In this document: in pieces, positions 58,418 to 64,000 of the stretch | How the letters are laid out: the number at the start of each line of letters is the position of its first letter | Numbering within the stretch: the stretch's first letter is position 1 | Origin: Methanobacteriota archaeon | Lineage (GTDB): Archaea > Thermoplasmatota > Thermoplasmata > UBA10834 | DNA length: 64,000 nt | Reading direction: 5' to 3' | Assembly (NCBI GenBank): GCA_020348345.1 | Contig: CP070748.1 | Coordinates: forward strand, 449,210-513,209 | Made by a program: the position numbers and the translations under genes | Notes under the pieces: model-generated | Database searches by the model: none | Told to the model about the DNA's origin: nothing | What the model saw: the letters and a program-made list of their open reading frames with translations, nothing else

Positions 58418-60511
58418 TCAGGCCTCCTCCGCCTTCTTCGCGGGCTTCCTCGCCTTGCCGTTAGTCCCCTCCATACCCCCCAGGGCGGAGACTATCTCGG
58501 AGGCTATCTGTTCGTCGGTGAATTGGTTCGCTGTGATGGCCTTCTGCGGACACGCCGCAACGCATGTACCACATCCGTGACATAGCGCTTCCACAACCTT
58601 CGCCTTCGTTCCATTGTCTGTCTCAACGATCTCGGGGGCGCCATACGGACACATCTCAACACAAAGGCCACATCCGATGCAGAGTTCCTCATTGATGGAA
58701 GCGGTGAGTGGCTCGATCTTGACCTTCTTGCCAGCCATGATGGATGCTGCTGACGCCGCCGCTGCCTTAGCCTGAGCGACGGAATCGGGTATGTCCTTGG
58801 GGCCCTGGGCGCATCCAGCGAGGTAGATGCCGTCAACAGCCGTGTCGACCGGCCTTAGCTTCGGGTGTGCCTCCTGGAAGAAGCCGTCCGGGCTTAGGGA
58901 TAAGGAGAGTATCTTACCGATCCTCTTGCTGCCCTCCGACGGTTGAAGTCCCGTGGAAAGGACGATCAGGTCGAACTCCCTTTCTGTTATCTTGTTCAGC
59001 AACGTCTCCTCGGCCCTAATCGTGATGGAGTTCGTCTCGGAATCCTCGCTCAGCTTCGCCGGCCGTCCTCGTATGAACTCGATGCCATACTCCTCTCTGA
59101 CACGATGATACAGCTCTTCGAAGCCCTTCCCGAACGCCCTGATGTCATTGTAGTAGACCGCGATTTCGGTGTCGGGTTCGTGCTCCTTGATGATTTGGGC
59201 GTTTTTCATCGAGTACATGCAGCAGACGCGAGAGCAGTAGTCGTTGCCTATCTTCTTGTTCCTCGAGCCGACGCATTGGATGAAGGCGACCCTCTTGGGG
59301 CTCTCGCCGTCGGACGGCCTTATCAGATGTCCTCCCGTCGGACCCGAGGCGTTCAGCAGCCGTTCGAGCTCCAAACCTGTGATGACATTCTGATATTCCC
59401 AGTATTTGTATACGCCGCGTTTCATCGGGACATAGATGTCGAAGCCAGTAGCGCATATTATCGTGCCGACCTTCAGCTCGACCATTTCGTCCTCCATCTC
59501 ATGGTCGATTGCCTCGTTGGCGCATGCCTTCAGACAGGCCTTGCACTTCCCGGTTTTGAAATGGATGCAGTTATCCTTGTCGATCGTGTATTTCAGCGGC
59601 ACCGCTTGAGGAAACGGCACATAGATCGCCTTCCTCTTCCCGAAACCCATATCGAACTTGTTGTCGACTTTGACTGGGCAAGCATCGGCGCAGACTCCGC
59701 ACCCCACACACTTGTCCTCCACTACGTATCTAGCCTTTCTTCTGACCTTGACACTGTAATTGCCAATGAATCCGCTGACGTCCTCCACCTCCGAGTAGGA
59801 TAGGAGCGTTATGTTGGGGTGTCTGGCCAGTTCCACCATCTTGGGCGCCAGAATACATATTGCGCAATCCCCTGTGGGAAAAGTCTTGTCGAGCTGAGCC
59901 ATGCGTCCTCCGATGCTCGGCTCCGACTCCACGACGAATACCTTGAACCCCATCTGGGCCAGATCAAGGGCGGCCTGGATACCTGCGACTCCTCCGCCGA
60001 TCACAAGAGAGGATTGCTCGACCGGCACCTCTCTGGCCTCGAGCGGAACCAGCTTCTCGGCCTTGGCGATACCCATCCTGACGAGGTCTACGGCCTTCTC
60101 TGTAGCCCTGTCCTTCTCCTTGGAATGGACCCATGAGCATTGCTCTCGCACATTCACCATCTGAAGCATATACGGGTTGAGGCCGGCCTCCTGGATGCAG
60201 CTCCTGAAGGTGGGCTCGTGCATCCGGGGCGAGCACGCTGCAACGACAACCCTGTTCACATCGTTCTCCTTGACGGCCTTGATGATCTCTTCTTGACCGA
60301 GGTCGGAGCATGTGTACTTGTTCTCCTTCGCCACGACAACGCCCGGAACCTTCTCGGCCGCTTCCCTGACCTTGGAAACATCAACAGTGCCTGCAATGTT
60401 GCTGCCGCAGTGACAAACAAAAACTCCGATTCTGGGCGTCATCGAATCCTTTGCAGGCGGCGTCTTCGGTCCTTCCGGGGCTCTCTCTTCGAGTGGTTCG
60501 GGTGAACTCAT
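58418..60511 (-). CDS. hdrA: Heterodisulfide reductase subunit A (canonical)
   Basis: VFVCHCG N-domain, GGGVAG, LDKTFPT.DC, ferredoxin insert, [16 protein letters not shown]-terminal ferredoxin. Confidence 0.95.
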   Translation of the reverse strand: MSSPEPLEERAPEGPKTPPAKDSMTPRIGVFVCHCGSNIAGTVDVSKVREAAEKVPGVVVAKENKYTCSDLGQEEIIKAVKENDVNRVVVAACSPRMHEPTFRSCIQEAGLNPYMLQMVNVREQCSWVHSKEKDRATEKAVDLVRMGIAKAEKLVPLEAREVPVEQSSLVIGGGVAGIQAALDLAQMGFKVFVVESEPSIGGRMAQLDKTFPTGDCAICILAPKMVELARHPNITLLSYSEVEDVSGFIGNYSVKVRRKARYVVEDKCVGCGVCADACPVKVDNKFDMGFGKRKAIYVPFPQAVPLKYTIDKDNCIHFKTGKCKACLKACANEAIDHEMEDEMVELKVGTIICATGFDIYVPMKRGVYKYWEYQNVITGLELERLLNASGPTGGHLIRPSDGESPKRVAFIQCVGSRNKKIGNDYCSRVCCMYSMKNAQIIKEHEPDTEIAVYYNDIRAFGKGFEELYHRVREEYGIEFIRGRPAKLSEDSETNSITIRAEETLLNKITEREFDLIVLSTGLQPSEGSKRIGKILSLSLSPDGFFQEAHPKLRPVDTAVDGIYLAGCAQGPKDIPDSVAQAKAAAASAASIMAGKKVKIEPLTASINEELCIGCGLCVEMCPYGAPEIVETDNGTKAKVVEALCHGCGTCVAACPQKAITANQFTDEQIASEIVSALGGMEGTNGKARKPAKKAEEA

Positions 60512-60715
60512 GATTCCCCTCCTGGCTAAGTCCAGACGAATTGACCCAGCCCGAGTGACCCCGCTGAGTTCGCCAAGTCAGTCTGGCGCATCCACTCGGC
60601 TCTGGCAATCCTGACGGGTGGGTGTAACAAAGGAGTCCTTAATATAGATTTCGTTGTCCATATTTCGAAAAACGCAGCCCATCCAGCGATAGTCGTTAGG
60701 TTGTGCCTTAATAAG
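60512..60715 (-). promoter_or_regulatory. Promoter and structured 5' leader of the hdr/mvh cluster
   Basis: TATA-like TATATTAA (60639-60646) and CTTATTAA (60708-60715); nested stems at 60522-60605; GGAGGGG RBS. Confidence 0.5.
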
Positions 60716-60874
60716 ACGTAGTATGTTATGCGGATATGCGTGGCGATGTTCGAAATCAGAACATTCCGCCACCCCATATGAATCCAACTCGTCGCCAGGG
60801 CGGAGAGCGAAATGTCCGCGGTGGAAGCTGGCGACCGTCAAAAGATCGAGATTCCGGCGATCCGTTCAATCGTT

Positions 60875-61963
60875 TCATGGTCGTCTCTTCGCGCGTTGAT
60901 ATCGATGCGATATGTTGCAGCTCCCTTCGCGGGAAACCATGCATGGGCCGACTGGACTCTGAGGTGTGCATCTCGAGCCGAACAACGGACAATCCTCGCT
61001 CGTGATAACGCCCCTCAGCATCTCCCCGCACCTGCATCCCTCCGGCTCCCGATACTCTCTGTCCAATATCGGGGAGACGATATCTGAGAACTTCTTGCGC
61101 GCATCGAATGCTTCGAGATCCCCCGCAATCATAAGGCCGCTGTTCGGTATCGTAGGGAAACCACGCCATTGCGCATCCGCGGGTACGAAGGCCTTCTTCA
61201 TAGCCAGCAACGCAGCCTGGTTGCCCTCGGTGCGCACCACCCTGGAATATTCGTTTTGGAGCTCTGCTCTGCCTTCTGCATGCTGCCTGGCCAGCATGTA
61301 GACTCCCATCATGAGATCCAGAGGCTCGAAGCCGGCGATGACCTGAGGGATACCATGTTCCGCCGATAGAAACTCGTAGGGAGCCGTGCCTATGATGGTG
61401 CTGACATGGCCTGGTTGGATCATGCCGTGGAGCTTGATCTCGCCCATGGATGAAATCGCTCTGAGCGCGGGTGGGACGGTTCTGTGGCAGCTGAGGACGG
61501 AGAAGTTGTCTGGAGGATTCGAGAGGAGCGCAGAAGCAGTTGTAGGCGCGGTCGTCTCGAACCCTATGCCAACGAACACCATCTCTCCGTCGAGCCGCTT
61601 CGCCATACTAACAGCGTCGTCGACCCCGAACACGATTCTGACGTCCCCTCCTTCAGCACGTATGTCGGTGAGGGACTGCGCCTCGCCTGGCACCTTCATG
61701 AGATCACCGAAGGCTGCAATCGTCACGCCCGCCTTCGCCAGGGCCATCGTCATCTCTATCTCCTGTGGAGGCGTGACACAGACGGGGCATCCTGGTCCTT
61801 GACGAATGTCAATCCCCACCCTTCTGAATTCACCTTCGAGTCCGAATCTGATGAGAGTGTCCTGATGAGTGCCGCATACATGCATCAGCGTGATGTCAAG
61901 CCGCATCCCCTCCAGCTCGCTCATGATCTTCCGGGATGTCTCTCTGTCTCTCAACCTAAACAC
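60875..61963 (-). CDS. hypD: Hydrogenase maturation protein HypD
   Basis: HVCGTH, GPGCPVC, GFETT, PGHVS, GPCMVS.EG.C. Confidence 0.96.
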   Translation of the reverse strand: MFRLRDRETSRKIMSELEGMRLDITLMHVCGTHQDTLIRFGLEGEFRRVGIDIRQGPGCPVCVTPPQEIEMTMALAKAGVTIAAFGDLMKVPGEAQSLTDIRAEGGDVRIVFGVDDAVSMAKRLDGEMVFVGIGFETTAPTTASALLSNPPDNFSVLSCHRTVPPALRAISSMGEIKLHGMIQPGHVSTIIGTAPYEFLSAEHGIPQVIAGFEPLDLMMGVYMLARQHAEGRAELQNEYSRVVRTEGNQAALLAMKKAFVPADAQWRGFPTIPNSGLMIAGDLEAFDARKKFSDIVSPILDREYREPEGCRCGEMLRGVITSEDCPLFGSRCTPQSPVGPCMVSREGSCNISHRYQRAKRRP

Positions 61964-62330
61964 CGGGCACCACCATGCTTATGTTCCTTATCACACAGTC
62001 GCGGCCTCCAGTCACCTTGGCAAGCTCCCCGCACTTCGGGCATTCGAACGATGCTGCGAGCTGGTGAGGGCCGTCTTCTGGTGGGGAAGCCTCGCCCTTA
62101 AAGCCGCAACCGCATTCAATCTCTCCTCTTGTGGTCTGGAGATCGAGCACTGCACCTTCGAGCATCGTGTTCTTGGCAAGCACTTCGAATGCGAATCTAA
62201 GCTGATCATGCCCAAGCATTGTGAACTCCCCCAACTCGATAGTGACCTTGTCGATCTTAGAGGCGTTTCTGGCATTAGCTTCATCCATTACGCTCGCGAC
62301 AATCTGGCTCATTACGGAGAATTCATGCAT
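61956..62330 (-). CDS. hypA: Hydrogenase nickel chaperone HypA
   Basis: N-terminal MHE, CGC and CPKC. Confidence 0.93.
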   Translation of the reverse strand: MHEFSVMSQIVASVMDEANARNASKIDKVTIELGEFTMLGHDQLRFAFEVLAKNTMLEGAVLDLQTTRGEIECGCGFKGEASPPEDGPHQLAASFECPKCGELAKVTGGRDCVIRNISMVVPGV

Positions 62331-62333
62331 GGC

Positions 62334-62561
62334 TCACGCCTCTGCATCGTCTTGGGCCAACAGCTCGCGGAAGAGCTGGAGGGTCTTCTCAGCCTCTTCT
62401 CGGTCAAGCACTTCGATTGCGTAGCCTGCGTGTACAATTACGAAATCTCCAATCTTCGCGGTGACTAGCGAGATGTTGACCTCTCTGGTTACGCCGCCGA
62501 AATCCACCTTGGCGACGTTTCCGTCGATGGATTTCACCTCAGCCGGAACAGCGAGACACAT
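62334..62561 (-). CDS. hypC: Hydrogenase assembly chaperone HypC
   Basis: MCLAVP, VIVHAGYAI. Confidence 0.95.
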   Translation of the reverse strand: MCLAVPAEVKSIDGNVAKVDFGGVTREVNISLVTAKIGDFVIVHAGYAIEVLDREEAEKTLQLFRELLAQDDAEA

Positions 62562-62596
62562 CGGACCGTCGGTATGAGCGGTTCGCCCATATAGTT

Positions 62597-64000
62597 TTAG
62601 CCGAGCAATCTGCCAGCAATCGCGTTTTGACCGACAGATATTCCTCCGTCTCCGTTGGGAACGCGCTGATGTGATGCGAAGGTGAGCCCTCTTCTCCTGA
62701 CGGCTTCCTCGACCCATGACGTGACCGGGTTGCTGAACGATACGCCTCCGCTCAAACCCACAGTTGCCAGGCCTTTGCTTTCCGCGATATCGCAGGCCCT
62801 ATCCGTCAGAGCCGTTACGAGAGAGCCGACGAACGAAGCCGCAAGATCGGCCTTGCGTGAATCGGAGGCAGCTTTCATCTCGAGAAGCTTTTCGAACATC
62901 GGTATCGTCTTGGCATATTCCACTCCATCACTGGTGCCGAACTCCACCTCGAAGTCCTCGCAGATGTCGCCCGTATCGAGCCATTTCTCCAGCTTGATTG
63001 CAGGTTCGCCTTCGTAGGTGCGTTTGCAGCAGATATCTAGTATGCACGATACGGCGTCGAGAACTCGGCCCATGCTCGTCGCCTTCACGCTATTGGGCAT
63101 CATCTTGGAGTAGACATCCGCCTCCTCCGGCGTGACAAGGGTCGGCTCTGAGCCTGTAATGAGTTGGATGGCAGTGACAACACGTTTCGGGTTAACGACT
63201 GCACGATCTCCTCCGAGGAGCGGAATCCCCTGTAGCGTGCACGCTCTGCTGTATTCCGCGAAATCCGCCACAAGAGTCTCACCGCCCCATGAACTGCCAT
63301 CATCTCCGTAGCCGGTGCCGTCCCACGCGAGGCATACGATCGGCTCTTGGATTCCGCGGTCTATCATAAGTGAAGCCGCGTGGGCATGGTAGTGCTGGAC
63401 CTCGATTGACTGGCACTTGAACTCCTTGGCAAGCCGCTTCGCCATTATTCTGGTCGAGTATCTGGGATGTTTGTCAAGGGCGATTGCATCGACCTCCTCG
63501 ACGCCCAAAAGCCCGGAAAGGTGGTGAATAGCATCACCAAGATAGCGAAGCGTTGGATGCTGCTGAGATTCGCCGATATACTGTGTCACGAAGATCTCCC
63601 TGTTCCTCGTAATCGAGCCAGTGACGTCCCATTGAGCCCCAACGCCTATCACCGTCTTGTCATGGTTTGCCGGAAGCGGGAGCGGAACATATCCGCGAGA
63701 CTTCCTGATGAAGCAGAGATCATCTCCACGAGGTTTCACGACGCTGTCATCGCATCTGTGGACTATCTTACGGTCATGGAGGAGGTAGCAGTCCAATCCG
63801 AGATCGTACGCCTTCGAGTTCTCTATCACCATCGGTTCTCCCGGCGGGTTGGCAGACGTCATTATGACCGCGTCGGTCTCAAGATGCTTGAACATCAGCA
63901 TATGAGCGGCTGAATATGGCAACATTATGCCCACATTGCCCAGACTCGGCGCGACGCCCGCCAGCACCGATTTCATTTCTTCCTTCCTCTGAAGAAGCAC
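62597..64000 (-). CDS. hypF: Carbamoyltransferase HypF (5' part outside the window)
   Basis: MTSAN.PG.P, DKHP.Y, QHYHAH, DGTGYG.DG, P.GDGG.S.GQ. Confidence 0.95.
   Translation of the reverse strand: MLLQRKEEMKSVLAGVAPSLGNVGIMLPYSAAHMLMFKHLETDAVIMTSANPPGEPMVIENSKAYDLGLDCYLLHDRKIVHRCDDSVVKPRGDDLCFIRKSRGYVPLPLPANHDKTVIGVGAQWDVTGSITRNREIFVTQYIGESQQHPTLRYLGDAIHHLSGLLGVEEVDAIALDKHPRYSTRIMAKRLAKEFKCQSIEVQHYHAHAASLMIDRGIQEPIVCLAWDGTGYGDDGSSWGGETLVADFAEYSRACTLQGIPLLGGDRAVVNPKRVVTAIQLITGSEPTLVTPEEADVYSKMMPNSVKATSMGRVLDAVSCILDICCKRTYEGEPAIKLEKWLDTGDICEDFEVEFGTSDGVEYAKTIPMFEKLLEMKAASDSRKADLAASFVGSLVTALTDRACDIAESKGLATVGLSGGVSFSNPVTSWVEEAVRRRGLTFASHQRVPNGDGGISVGQNAIAGRLLG

Noticed and set aside
39847-60511. 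Selenocysteine or pyrrolysine recoding in HdrA/MvhD/MvhA
   Set aside because: The ORFs are uninterrupted and carry Cys at the motif positions; no in-frame TGA or TAG needs readthrough.
56923-60511. HdrABC-Mvh as proof of methanogenesis
   Set aside because: These genes are widespread in non-methanogens, and no mcr, mtr or methyltransferase genes are in the window.
60526-60874. Small ORFs in the hypD-hdrA gap
   Set aside because: No motifs or clear RBS; they overlap TATA elements and stem-loops.
1-64000. CRISPR array or IS element
   Set aside because: No regularly spaced direct repeats, cas genes, transposases or terminal inverted repeats seen.

Overview
An archaeal chromosomal window, moderately GC-rich. 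Archaeal origin is supported by TATA promoters, Sec61beta, CDC48/VAT, Elp3 and two tRNAs with 37/38 introns; the gene content suggests an anaerobic, peptide-using member of Thermoplasmata (inference). The left part holds thioredoxin/OsmC, an HTH-regulated NitT/TauT ABC transporter whose binding protein appears circularly permuted, Elp3, and a coupled TPR pair (Zn-ribbon-TPR, and degenerate Mrr-like-TPR-polyPro-SAP). It continues with PRC-barrel/CDC48, a 2-oxoacid:ferredoxin oxidoreductase and a class II LysRS. The middle holds a complete nine-gene his operon with a structured leader, a NikR-like regulator, two secreted clostripains, tRNA-Glu and tRNA-Ser, nadE with a CN-hydrolase, and a sensor kinase. 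The right ~25 kb is a large minus-strand energy-metabolism cluster: hyp genes, then four consecutive HdrA-MvhD modules (five HdrA-family genes, four MvhD domains, HdrBC, an MvhD-HdrD fusion, an NfnB/GltD-inserted HdrA, MvhD-wHTH in fused and split form), ending in one MvhAG [NiFe] hydrogenase and its protease. I saw no mobile elements or CRISPR arrays. All calls rest on motif recognition by eye, not database searches.
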